DNA of 62,912 bases, filler included, from Octopus bimaculoides (lineage: Eukaryota): NCBI RefSeq assembly GCF_001194135.2. It is 7 parts of 6 records of this genome, joined end to end, with 100 filler letters (N's around TTAATTAATTAA, not from the genome) between each part and the next. Parts side by side here need not be neighbours in the genome. Positions count along the whole stretch, not along the records: positions 9,093 to 24,122 come from NC_068987.1; positions 24,223 to 29,780 come from NC_068984.1; positions 29,881 to 53,371 come from NC_068990.1; 4 more parts are not named here. The stretch is one strand, 5' to 3'. The notes under the pieces were generated by a model, which worked only from the letters and a program-made list of their open reading frames with translations, did not search any database and had not been told where the DNA came from. Positions 23,901 through 36,548 of the stretch are shown here, in pieces. Within the stretch, counting starts at the first letter, position 1; every line of letters starts with the position of its first letter. A program made the translations under genes and the position numbers.

Positions 23901-25164
23901 CTGATAGTGGAATGCTAGAAATTGTGCGGCATATACATAAAATAAATTAAAACACTATTGCTCATTTGAAATATATTAAAACTATGTAGACTGTTGCATT
24001 TTCCTTCTTTCATTTTGTATATTTTTTTGCATTACAACTCACCAATTAGGAATAATCCGAATTCTCTTCCTCCCCTTTCTTACTACTACTACTACTACTA
24101 CTATATATATATCTATATATATNNNNNNNNNNNNNNNNNNNNNNNNNNNNNNNNNNNNNNNNNNNNTTAATTAATTAANNNNNNNNNNNNNNNNNNNNNN
24201 NNNNNNNNNNNNNNNNNNNNNNTTTTCCACAATTTAATTGTTTTTCATGCTTTACTATAAGTTGAAAAAGTCGCAAAGACTGAAACCGGTACTAAAATGT
24301 TCTTCATGAAAAAATTAGTTTAGCATTTTCTACCTTATCTTATTTTCCTTATACATATCAACTCATGTGTTCCTTTTCAACCTTCTACATATATATACTT
24401 GCACACATGCATACATGCATATATATAAATATATATATATATAATTACTATGAAGCATTGTGTAGAATATATTGTATAAAGGATCGTGGGTAAGGCCAAA
24501 ACAATGCGAACATTGTATTCAATATTGAATAGAAGGTAAGTCTATATTAATTCACATATTTGTTTTCTTGTGATTCACTTCTTCCCAAAATAGCTTAGTA
24601 ACATCCTCATAATAGGTTTTATAACACTTTTATCCCCTAGAGAAACATCTTGTTAGATCAATCAACTTGTCTCTATTTACTACTATTCTTATTTTACTAT
24701 TCTTATTTGATTTAAATGACTATTGCGGTAACCACGTACGCATCGGCTGCGATATTAAAATACATACATTGCAATGTATTTTCATTTATTAGAAGTATTC
24801 CTCATAGCATTTTTCATTCATTAGTTCTTGTTTGGTAACCTACAAAATATTTTTTCTTTTATATTTCTTTTAAATAAATATCGTGTTGGAAAGTAATTCT
24901 TCATTTGTTAGAAATCTGAATGACATATATTTTCTGTTCAGTAAGGTAAGTTTGATGTGTTTAAAAATGAAATTAATTATTTTTCACGTTTATTTTGGAA
25001 TTTTTCACATTTTCTTTGGAATTTTGAAACTAATTCTCAACGAAATATCTTGACAGAGCAGAGAGTAATTAAATTCACAAATATGATTTTTTTACAAACC
25101 TTGTGTAGCACTGATTTACTTAGTTAAATAAGTACTTGAGTTTACTCAGTGTAAAGTAATATTG

Positions 25165-25352
25165 GTTTCAAATTTTGGCACAAGGCCAGCAATTTCGGAG
25201 GAGAGGTAAGTCGATTACATTGACCCCAGTATTCAACTGGTACTTATTTTATCGACCCCAAAAGATATAACGCAATGTTGATTCCGACGAAATTTGAACT
25301 CAGAATGTAAAAACGGACGAAATGCATCTAAATATTTTACCCCGCATGTTAG
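25165..25352 (-). mobile_element. SINE family C, degenerate
   Basis: Match to the consensus; head eroded. Confidence 0.75.
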
Positions 25353-25357
25353 CTATT

Positions 25358-25567
25358 CTTTTCTACTCTAGGTACAAGGCCCGACATTTTGGGAGGAGGC
25401 CAGCCGATTAGATCGACCCCGGTAGGCAACTGGTATTTAATTTATCGACCCCGAAAGGATGAAAGGCAAAATCGACCTCGGTGGAATTTGAATCAAGAAC
25501 GTAAAGACAGACGAAATACCGCAAAGCATTGCGCCCGGGATGCTAACGTTTCTGCCAGCTCGCCGCC
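25358..25567 (-). mobile_element. SINE family C
   Basis: Full match; tandem with the previous copy. Confidence 0.9.
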
Positions 25568-28107
25568 TTAGCGTAACGTAATATTCATATAAATATTATA
25601 AAATTTGGACCGAAATGAGAAGTAATCCATCTGTTTCTCTTTCTCTGCAAATGCACTCATTTAGCGTCCACGTTTATACTCTGTTAGTAGAGAGCCCAAT
25701 GCATTATTGGTTGCAGTATTTAGTTCCTCACCTCTATGTATTTAAATGTCAGCAGGATCACCTTCTATAATCTATTACAACTGCGCCGAAATTTAATCTT
25801 ACCTTGTAAAATAGTTTTCTGTTTATTGAAAATAAATCAATCGATATACGCTATAAATATAGGACAGGAATGCAAAAGCCATCACAGCTATGAAAGCACT
25901 TCGTCTCCACATTGATGTCTCTAAAATTTCATTGTAGACTGAGTATTATTGACACCTGTGGATAAAAATTTGTAAACATTTACGCTTTGAATTTTTTTTT
26001 TATGGCTTACAGCTGCCGATTAAAGTGAAGAAAATTATCATTAACGAAAATTTTAAATCAATACATATAAATTCTAACTCTTAAATTGCTTTGGGGTTTG
26101 TCGTTGTCTAATTTGTAAGCTAATAAAAGTATGCTACAGAAAAGAAATACTCATGGGTATCTCTAACTGCCAACACACTTAAATATTCACTAACACGTAG
26201 CAGTAAAATCTATGTTACACATAACGATCGCTTTATCTTAGTGTGTTTTGGATTTCAAATTTACATTTTATATTTTAGCTTAGTACTTGGTAATATATTT
26301 AATTAGACTGACAAAAGCTTGTATGTAAAAGTGAAATTATTACGGGATATATGGAATGTATGTTAGGAAATATTCCAAGAAATAAAAAAAAAGTGGTGGC
26401 TAGCGGTTATGTAAGTCTTCGAACGAAGATCTTTTACTCATATCCAGGGGAACGCCCTCTGATTGTAGGTCATGCAGCTGTACGAAAAATGTGAGTAAAA
26501 AAGAGATGCAAGGGGTGCATTTATATCGATGGATAACTGGACAAAGTGTTTTGAGCGGGGTCTGGAGGAAAAACACAGGAAGGGTGACAGGAGAAGAGGA
26601 TACCAATTGTTTATTCAAGATATGAGAAGATATGTGGAGAGCCAGTTTAGAGAAACAGACGACATTATTTCAGAATTAGGTAAAACAAAGATAATCGTAT
26701 TGACGTTGTCGATTAGCTCCATATAAACGGTGACGAAGAAAACTATGTTTATGGAATCCAGGAATAATCTCAACTCTTTTTTCTGTCCTTTTTTTACCTC
26801 CCTCTAATCGTCAGATTCTCTTCTTTTTCTCTGTTTGGATATTAAACTTCATCGTACATACCTTTGTTTCCTTTTTTGATTTGAGATTTTTGTTAACATG
26901 AAACATATATATAAATATATATATTTCTACAGTTTTCAAGCGCGTACACACACTTTCTTAACTCCGTGTAGTATTTCCTGTTTGTTTCCTACTTGCCTCA
27001 ATTTTTTGTCTTATTTGTGTGTATCTGTTTTACATGTGTGTATGTGATAGTGGGTATAATGATGTGTGTTTGTGTGTTTGTGCATGCGCGCATGTATGTG
27101 TCAATGGAGTTACCCACTTCATAGCAAAGTGTGTTACTGTGAAATCTCAACCCTCAACAACACCATAAAGTTCATTTCGCTGATATCTTCTCCTATGTGG
27201 ATCTTAGATGTCAAGGCTGGACACTGCAGTCGCAACCATAAGGTGCATTTGGGAAGAGGTAATATCTTCACATCTTTTGTTTCCTCACTCGTGAACATAC
27301 TTAGTATGAGCAGCAGTGGCGGCAGTAATCACAATTCTTTATTGACTGGACTTTCGTTGCTGCTATTCTTTATCAGGTGCAATAATCAAAAGATCCACAA
27401 GTAAAGGAGAATATAGCCACCATTGAATTTGATAAACCGCTTTGAAAAATGAAGCAAGCAAGCGTGTGAATATGTATGTTTATGTGTTTGTGCGTGAGTG
27501 CATGTGTGTATGCGTGCGTTAGACACTCCCATGGAGAGGAAATATTAATGAATATAGAAAGCTGTTTATATAAGCAACATGGAATAATAAAATGTATACG
27601 ATGTGTTTACTTCATTATGTTGAAAATACAAAAACAATCATCACCATCAAGATTTTGTCTCAATTTTATCATTATAATATTCATAATACACAATAGAATG
27701 TATAAAAATGAAATTAACAATAACTTTAGACGTTACTTAATTGTAATTAAACAAGCTCTTCAAAGTTTTTCCTTTCACGAAAATTAATAATCGGCTTTAA
27801 TTATTATGATTGAACGTAAAAACGACGATTTATTAATGTCGATTGGTTACTAATTTTGGAAAATTCGAGCGAAATAACCTCGACACTACGTATGCATAAG
27901 TTTGCGTAGAAATGTGTGTGTGTGTGCATGTGCGTATGTGTGCGAGTAGGTGCAAGATGGTGTATTTGTCTTTGTTACACGTGTGCGATACATGCACTTC
28001 TGTCAAGTTTCCGGCCTGAATATAAGTTTCTTTCACAATGCACCAAGACTCTTTCCTCTATTGACTAAAACTTTATAAATATGAGTGGCAGAATATATAT
28101 TTTTCAT

Positions 28108-28290
28108 ATTTTACTTGTATCACTTATTGGACTGCGGCCATGTTGGGGCACTGCCTTGAAGAGCTCAGTCGAACAAATCGACTCCAGTATGTATTTTTAT
28201 AAGTCTGTTATTCTATTGGCCACTGTGACGAAATGGTATGTGATTTAGACGCAAACACACCAACATCGATTGTCAACCGGTGATTAGGGA
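28108..28290 (-). mobile_element. SINE family B, degenerate
   Basis: GGACTGCGGCCATGTTGGGGCACTGCCTTGAAG...GTCAACCG...GGGACAAA. Confidence 0.7.
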
Positions 28291-28435
28291 CAAATACAAG
28301 CACGCACACATAATTGTGTGTACGCACACATACACACACGTACAGACACACACATACACACACGTACAGACACACACATACATACATGCACACATGCACA
28401 CACACATACACACACACACACACAAGCAAATATAC

Positions 28436-28514
28436 GCTCCAGTTTCCGTCATAGTGGGATTAAACTCAAAACCACGTGGTTAGAAAGCGCGCTTTTAACC
28501 ACATAGCCATGCCA
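28436..28514 (-). mobile_element. SINE family D head
   Basis: Reverse complement begins GGCATGGCTATGTGGTTAA. Confidence 0.6.
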
Positions 28515-29151
28515 GCGCTTTTAATTTCAATGTAGATATTTCTGTATCTAAATTCCCGTGAGACATTGACAGTTATTTATTACTTTGCCAAATTTAGAAA
28601 TCTTATTGCGTTTTTTATTTTGCAAAGTCTTTTATGAAAGACTTCGCAAAATAATTACTTTATCATTAACAGCGAGTCACTTTTGAGTCCCCAAGTAAAT
28701 TTTCATATATATAAGGCACAAAGCTTTATATGAAAATGAATACCGTAGGGCGTGTGATATATGTGATTATCTTTGATTTTTCAATATTGAACACACTCTA
28801 TATGTCAATAAAGTTATATATTTTAATTTGTGATACAGTCTCTGAAAATCGTCTAGAAATTTTCGTTAGCAGTTTAGTGATTGCTTGAAGCTATCGACAT
28901 AGAAACTCAGAAAATATAACAGTCTTTTAAAATACATCCAACCGTTCTAAGTTTATTGAGTAGAATAACCATTCAATAAGTCAGACTTTTACTATAACTG
29001 TCTTGTATTAAACTTCTGCTTCTTGGTTTCTTGCTTTATGGTGGTTTTGTTTTACGTATTACAATATGCATTGCTATTGCAGGATTCTCCGTCATAGGCA
29101 TAATACTTCTGATAACGATAATTTGGAAATTTTGTTGCTTATATGTCTTTT

Positions 29152-29345
29152 ACATTTTACTTGTTTTAGACACATTCGGCTGCTGTCATGCTGGTCACCA
29201 CCTTAGAGAACTTTAGTCGAATGAATCGATCCTAGTACTGTTTTTTAAAGGCTGGTATTTGTTTTATCAGTGTTTTAAGCCGAACAGCTAAGTTACACAG
29301 ACAAACCCACCAACAACGTTTGTTAAGCAACAGCGGGGTAGAGGA
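29152..29345 (-). mobile_element. SINE family B, degenerate
   Basis: Tail and CCGAACAGCTAAGTTAC motifs. Confidence 0.7.
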
Positions 29346-29394
29346 TATGGACACAAACACACACACGAACGCACACGCACTCACACATATGTAT

Positions 29395-29545
29395 GCAGGC
29401 GTACGATGGGTTTCTTTCAGTTGCCGTGAATCAAATCCAGCCAAGGCTTTTGTCGACCCGAAAGTATAATCTATTATACACTTACCCAATGTGCCACGCA
29501 ATAGGAATGCCCCCAGAACCAGGTGGTTGTGAAGCAAACTTGATA
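29395..29545 (-). mobile_element. SINE family D, partial
   Basis: TTGCGTGGCACATTGGGTAAG...AAAGCCTT...CTGAAAGAAACCCATCGT. Confidence 0.6.
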
Positions 29546-29554
29546 CAACACATC

Positions 29555-29605
<51 letters not shown>

Positions 29606-31019
29606 GATTAAACACACAAGCACGTATCCATGCACACGCAAGTGTATGCATTTGTGTACGTGATTGTGCACATGGTTATGAGCGTGTATATATGTATGTA
29701 TGTATATATACATATATATATATATACATCCCATGGTTAGTCATGACCGAAGGGAGTCTCAGCAGCATATATGTATATATNNNNNNNNNNNNNNNNNNNN
29801 NNNNNNNNNNNNNNNNNNNNNNNNTTAATTAATTAANNNNNNNNNNNNNNNNNNNNNNNNNNNNNNNNNNNNNNNNNNNNATATATATATATATATATAT
29901 ACATATGTATATATTTATATATTGTTAATTGTATCGAAACCTTTTCCTGCTTTTTTTTTAATTTCCAGGTATATCAAAATATTGGTTTTTGTTATTGTTC
30001 TCTCTTTGGTCAATATTGATCGAAGATTAATCTACAATTTAATCAAAGACATTCTATGACAATCAGATCCTTCAGACCATATTGTCTTTTTTTATAAAAA
30101 AAATAAAAAAGAGCTACTATGTGATTTGATAGACGTTTGGTTATTATTTCTTGATATTTCAGTGAACAGGTCGAAGTACCCTCATTGGCTGTTAAATATA
30201 TTGGTAGTTTTCTTATGATAGCTTCATGTTGTGGACGGTTTTTTTTTATTGTTATGTGATATCTCTGTATAACATGTATTAGTAATATTAGTCTTGTTAC
30301 AAGATACAGATAACCTATTTTGTAGCAATACAGATGCTTTGGTGGGCCATATTTTCCAAAGATATATTCACACGATTTGGCACTAAAATAACGTTCTTCT
30401 AATAATATCTTCAAGAGAAATTAATGCTCTTTAACTAAAGCAATATTGGAATTAAATATCGTTTCTTTTAATTATCGAAAAGTTGATATTATTTTATGGA
30501 CAAAAAAACATTGTATAGAATCAAAGAACAAATATCTGATCGTTTTGTTGGTGAACTACAAGTTGGCCCTGATCCTTAATGCAGCAAATATCTAGGATCA
30601 GAGAATTCTGTCCACGACCATCCTAATTTTTTTTTAAAACACCTCGGATTTCATTATCCAATGTGACCATTTTAAAGACTGTAGTGTGTCGTTTGGACGT
30701 TATTTAACTACTATTTCTAGCTGATCAAACCACCATATAGAGGTTTTCTCATTAACTTTGGTGTAATATTCTGAGAAACTTTTGTTCTGAAGAAATATTA
30801 TTTGATTGAGAAACTATAGTCTCTAATTGTAAAGGCATCAGCCTAATTTTCGATGCAAATATTCCTTTTTAAGAATCGGTTTCCTAAGATTCGTCAACGT
30901 AAAATGCCAGTCAACTTTATAAACATCCGTTTTCTATATCTGGAAATAATATTCTTCTAACGGACCATGTATTCTACAGAACAACTTCTACATCACCTCC
31001 TACACACACACACACACAC

Positions 31020-31062
<43 letters not shown>

Positions 31063-31072
31063 TACACACACA

Positions 31073-32240
31073 CAGGGTGCGATGTCACTATTTTTGATTT
31101 CACGCATGCGCGTTGTTTTTTTAAATTTTGTTGACTAAACAATATAGTAGGGTCTGGTGGGCACCGTCTGTGAGAAAAACAACACCATGACGCAATTCAC
31201 TCTGCCAGAAATTTGGAAACGACATGCTGCACTGCTTGGCATTCACGCCGGAAGCTCCAAAAACGAACATTTCAGAGTGTTTGGGTGTCAATCTGAGGAT
31301 ACTGCAGAGTATTCGAAGAGTTGGATGAGTTTAATGGTGATTACGAAGCTACGGCAGCTCGGAAAACTCTCTCTGATCGTTCTGTTAAGAAAAGAACTCT
31401 TGAATTTTTTGGTGAGATCCAGAACATGATTGACAACGATCCCTCCAATTCAATCAGGTCCATCGCCAGGGACATGAGAGTGTTTGAGTTTCTTATCAGG
31501 TACATGAAGACATTCGGTATTCCTCATACAAGATGAGAAAGGGCCAATTTTTATCCCAAGTCATCAAAGACAAGAGGAAAGACCGCGTTACGAAGCTTTT
31601 GAACAAACTCAAGCATTCTCTCCAACTTAACATGCTTTGGTATTTCTTAGAGGATTTTTCTGCCAGGATCAAATGGTGAACACACAGAACAACCGTTGAC
31701 TTGCCGTGTCTCCAAGACATGTACTGAGAGTGATAAAAATCAAACATCCAGTCAACATCATAGTATTTCGAGCGATCACTAGTGATGGCGACGTTATGCC
31801 TCCATTCGCCTTCCCACACGGCCTCAAACTCAACACGCAGGCCTACATCAAGTGCCTGGAGGAGATATTGCTACCCTGGATGAAGAGTGTGGCTGTTGGA
31901 AGACCCTATATCTGGCAACAGGACTCTGCACCATGCCACACAAGCAGCAGAACACAGTTATGGCTGTCAGACAATTTCTGTGACCACATCACCCCTAACA
32001 TCTGGCCACCTAACTCCCCAGACTGCAACCCCCTTGATTATTATGTGTGGGGCGCAGATGAGCGAGAGACCAACAAAACTCCTTGTAACAACAAAGATGA
32101 ACTGAAGGCAAGGATTATGGCACCATTCGCCAACTTAAACAAGGAGACCGTCCAAAAGAGTTGCAGGAGATTCCGAAGTCATCTGGAGGTTGTGGTTGAA
32201 GCCAAGGGCGATTTTATTGAATAAATGATTTACTCTTTAG
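31073..32240 (+). mobile_element. Tc1/mariner-superfamily element, DD37D (maT) type, defective
   Basis: Starts CAGGGTG; ATG 31187 to TAA 32224 with frameshifts; QQDSAPCH...WPPNSPDCNPLDY has 37 residues between the second and third Asp; right end lost in a gap. Confidence 0.9.
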
Positions 32241-33091
32241 NNNNNNNNNNNNNNNNNNNNNNNNNNNNNNNNNNNNNNNNNNNNNNNNNNNNNNNNNNNN
32301 NNNNNNNNNNNNNNNNNNNNNNNNNNNNNNNNNNNNNNNNNNNNNNNNNNNNNNNNNNNNNNNNNNNNNNNNNNNNNNNNNNNNNNNNNNNNNNNNNNNN
32401 NNNNNNNNNNNNNNNNNNNNNNNNNNNNNNNNNNNNNNNNNNNNNNNNNNNNNNNNNNNNNNNNNNNNNNNNNNNNNNNNNNNNNNNNNNNNNNNNNNNN
32501 NNNNNNNNNNNNNNNNNNNNNNNNNNNNNNNNNNNNNNNNNNNNNNNNNNNNNNNNNNNNNNNNNNNNNNNNNNNNNNNNNNNNNNNNNNNNNNNNNNNN
32601 NNNNNNNNNNNNNNNNNNNNNNNNNNNNNNNNNNNNNNNNNNNNNNNNNNNNNNNNNNNNNNNNNNNNNNNNNNNNNNNNNNNNNNNNNNNNNNNNNNNN
32701 NNNNNNNNNNNNNNNNNNNNNNNNNNNNNNNNNNNNNNNNNNNNNNNNNNNNNNNNNNNNNNNNNNNNNNNNNNNNNNNNNNNNNNNNNNNNNNNNNNNN
32801 NNNNNNNNNNNNNNNNNNNNNNNNNNNNNNNNNNNNNNNNNNNNNNNNNNNNNNNNNNNNNNNNNNNNNNNNNNNNNNNNNNNNNNNNNNNNNNNNNNNN
32901 NNNNNNNNNNNNNNNNNNNNNNNNNNNNNNNNNNNNNNNNNNNNNNNNNNNNNNNNNNNNNNNNNNNNNNNNNNNNNNNNNNNNNNNNNNNNNNNNNNNN
33001 NNNNNNNNNNNNNNNNNNNNNNNNNNNNNNNNNNNNNNNNNNNTGTGTGTGTGTGTGTGTGTACATAGTACGTACGTTTGAATGTATGTAT

Positions 33092-33833
33092 ATCATTATT
33101 CAGTTTTATTTCAAGATTTCTTGCCAATAGAGGAAGAACCGTTTTCTAACCTAGAGCTCCTTCATTGGAAATTCAACAACATCAACAGGGTATTTTTATA
33201 TGTATGTATATGTGCAAATTTGTATGTTTTGCTTTATGTATGTATTCTCATACATATAGTTGCATGTTTAGACACGCTCGTATATATTTAAATGATAAAC
33301 TTCTGAAAAACTTTACAGATTTTTACAGTTCCAGTGATGGATTGGATCTGTAGTCTTCGAATCAGCTTTCTCGTTTCTGGTTTCTCAAGATTGGCATTTA
33401 GGCAGTGTGTTACATATCCCAGTGACCCAATAGCTCTACAAGTATAAACCTGAACTTATAATCTGGGTAGAATAGCTGCAGATTCCTCATTAGTTCAGCG
33501 TAGGTATTTTCTTTTTCGCTGATCTTCAGCTTTATGTTAGCATCCACTGGGCAGCTGATTTCCACAATTGTACACAGTTTCTCTTCTCCATCCCAAATCA
33601 TTATATCAGGTCTGTTGTGCTTACATTTTATTGAGGTCTTCACTGAAACATTCCACCGGTCCACCTTTTACTAAACAAAACTGTAATGTCAGAGGTTCGG
33701 AATCATAGGAAAGACCACATTTCTATGTGGCTGGTCTACAAGAAAGCCTTTCACTCTATCCTCCACTCATGGATGCTAGAAGCCCTTTCAACTTGTTAAA
33801 GTTCTTGTGAGCATAATCAAAGTCATAGCAGAC
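33092..33833. mobile_element. RLE-type non-LTR retrotransposon insertion: 3' part (minus, 33092-33664) plus inverted RT fragment (plus, ~33662-33833)
   Basis: Minus strand: KHNRPDIMIW..TIVEISCPVDANI..KISEKENTY (PD-(D/E)xK-type RLE), stop at 33290, then the 3'UTR. Plus strand: LLLNKTVMSEV..SMWLVYKKAFHSILHSWMLEAL (RT motifs). Flanked by TTGAATGTATGTAT at 33078-33091 and 33834-33847. Confidence 0.85.
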
Positions 33834-33852
33834 TTGAATGTATGTATGTATG

Positions 33853-33886
<34 letters not shown>

Positions 33887-33941
33887 TACATAGTCTAATG
33901 ATGGGTTAGCTGCACGAAACTTCGAAGTCACTGTCAATAAC

Positions 33942-34032
<91 letters not shown>

Positions 34033-34965
34033 GCATGGAGCTTACTGTGAGCGGTGTTTGATTATTTGGATTCTTGTTTTTATACATACATGCATAAATA
34101 CATAAAATGGATTAAAATCTATTATGAAGCTCTTCTGCGAATGTCGACCATCCATTATATATATGTATGTAGATGGTTTATCTTTAAGAAGAAAATTATT
34201 CGTACAAGTTGAAATTCCTGATGGAATATATTAATCAACGAATATGGAATTTATGATTTTATTTTTAATATATCGATCTGCTTAAATGTTCCGATAAGTG
34301 TTTCAAAGCGAGACACAAGTGAATGGAAATGGTAAGAAAGGTCGTTGGAAAACATTGGATCCAGGGCCAAGTCAACAGAAAATGCTTCGTTTTAAAAGAC
34401 AAAAAATCCTTCACACTCACTAAGATTTATTGAACTGAAATGAGATCCTGGTCGGTCGATTTCGATTCCTAGCTGGGGCTGTCATTATATCTCTTGAATG
34501 TTGCTATTCTTCTTCGTAAAACTTTTTTGACACACTTTTCTACCATGATTGAAAATCTCAGTATCTCCTGTAACACTTCTATATCACATTCAACCATCTT
34601 AATATGGAAAGACACGTTGAATAATGGAATTTTAGATACACAATAACTAATTAGAAGACAGAAGAGTCACGGTTGGAACGTTTTGATCATGAACTTTTTA
34701 ACTAAGAGTCGACTCGGGCCATTACAATAACTCCACCACCAACAATGATTATAACATGTTGGCCTGTGAAGGTTGCTATACCGAAATTTTCAGAGATTTT
34801 TTTACGGTTCAAACGGTGCTAAAGATTCAATTCATTTCACTCTGTTTTGCATCATTAAAATCACCGAGAAAAGCATAGATCTCATACCTGAAAACACGGA
34901 ACTAAAGTGTACAGCATTGAATTAGTTTTCTGCAGTATTTTCTTTCACCTGGTCCCTTCTACATA

Positions 34966-35120
34966 CTCTTTTACTTGTTTCAGTCATTTGACTACAGCCA
35001 TGCTGGAGCACCGCCTAGTAATTATTCTATAGGTCTCTTTTGCCGAACCGCTAAGTTACGGGGACGTAAACACACCAGCATGGGTTGTCAAGCGATGTTA
35101 GGGGGACAAACACAGACAAA
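34966..35120 (-). mobile_element. SINE family B
   Basis: Match to the consensus with an internal deletion. Confidence 0.85.
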
Positions 35121-36184
35121 TAAACATATACACACACATACATATATATATATNNNNNNNNNNNNNNNNNNNNNNNNNNNNNNNNNNNNNNNNNNNNNNN
35201 NNNNNNNNNNNNNNNNNNNNNNNNNNNNNNNNNNNNNNNNNNNNNNNNNNNNNNNNNNNNNNNNNNNNNNNNNNNNNNNNNNNNNNNNNNNNNNNNNNNN
35301 NNNNNNNNNNNNNNNNNNNNNNNNNNNNNNNNNNNNNNNNNNNNNNNNNNNNNNNNNNNNNNNNNNNNNNNNNNNNNNNNNNNNNNNNNNNNNNNNNNNN
35401 NNNNNNNNNNNNNNNNNNNNNNNNNNNNNNNNNNNNNNNNNNNNNNNNNNNNNNNNNNNNNNNNNNNNNNNNNNNNNNNNNNNNNNNNNNNNNNNNNNNN
35501 NNNNNNNNNNNNNNAAATTAATATCTGCTAAATGTAAAAATTTAGTATTTCTTGAATGATTTACAGAAACATCTTTTAATCGTCCGAAAGAATAATTCCG
35601 TTTTTATTTTTTAAATTTACTTTGGCGGAGTTCAAGTCAAAACACACCGTTTAGCTCGTCATTACATTTCTCTTTATTTTTTGGTATTTTCAGGAAATTT
35701 TTTGCGAATTTGTGTTATCCACGCTGTATTTCGTACGATTATACAAAAGAAAGTTTTTAAATTTTTTTCATCCTCATTAATCCTAAAATGTCGACTTGTT
35801 TCGTTTTTTTTTTTTTTAAATACGAACAGTCCGAATCTTCTATTTGTTTCTGTTTATAATTTCAAAATAATTTTTGAAATCTTTAGAAATCCTCTTTTTT
35901 CAGTATTTAAGGATTATCCTTGAATCTGGCTTATTAAATGACGCAACATTCATTTTTGATCGTCATTCGGAAACGTAAAACTGCTCTTTAAGTACCTTTT
36001 ATTCACCAACACATTATTTTTAAATGTAAGATGGTGAAATTGCTTTACTTTGCTGACATTAATAAATCCCTCACCAAAATGCAAGAAACTTTGCCATTTC
36101 ACGCTTCGCCTGTTTAACCCTTAGAAACCCAATTCACACATGCTTATCAAAGAAAATGTTATTTGGTAATGAAGAATATTATTA

Positions 36185-36190
36185 CCTTAC
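36185..36190 (-). promoter_or_regulatory. 5' splice donor of Brachyury intron
   Basis: AAG|GTAAGG on the minus strand, at the point where T-box similarity stops. Confidence 0.9.
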
Positions 36191-36369
36191 CTTCCATTTT
36201 TGGTAACAATCATTTCGTTGGTAAATTCCTTAAATTTTATCCACAATTCCTTATCTTCCAATGTAACGGTCAGCTGGCGCTCGGTAGGGTCCCCTTTTTC
36301 ACTGCCCACCGTCATTTCGGTGTCAACCGCACTTAAAAGGTGGTTCACGTTGACGGTCTCTGTTTTCAT
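36191..36369 (-). CDS. TBXT: Brachyury (T-box transcription factor T), first T-box-coding exon from the first in-frame ATG
   Basis: Translates [59 protein letters not shown](R). This closely matches the vertebrate Brachyury N-terminus ([46 protein letters not shown]), including the Brachyury-specific HLLSAV motif. The exon ends AATGGAAG|GTAAGG, a phase-2 intron in the NGR codon, as I recall for other Brachyury genes. ATG context aaaATGA. Confidence 0.96.
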
Positions 36370-36487
36370 TTTGCTCAGAGGCAGCGATAATGTTGGTCCC
36401 ACGGGGGAAAGAATTGAACTCAATGAATTATCAATCCTGCTACTGTTGTTGTCGTCGTCGCTGATCGACGTAGTAATGATCGGGGTT

Positions 36488-36548
<61 letters not shown>

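Noticed and set aside
26529-26726. 65-aa plus-strand ORF MDNWTKCFERG...
   Set aside because: Preceded by an in-frame stop, no recognisable family, and no convincing acceptor in that frame; left unassigned.
27066-27404. 112-aa plus-strand ORF in a GC-richer island
   Set aside because: Starts in a microsatellite, with no motif or splice support; may be an old TE or non-coding element, which I cannot decide by eye.
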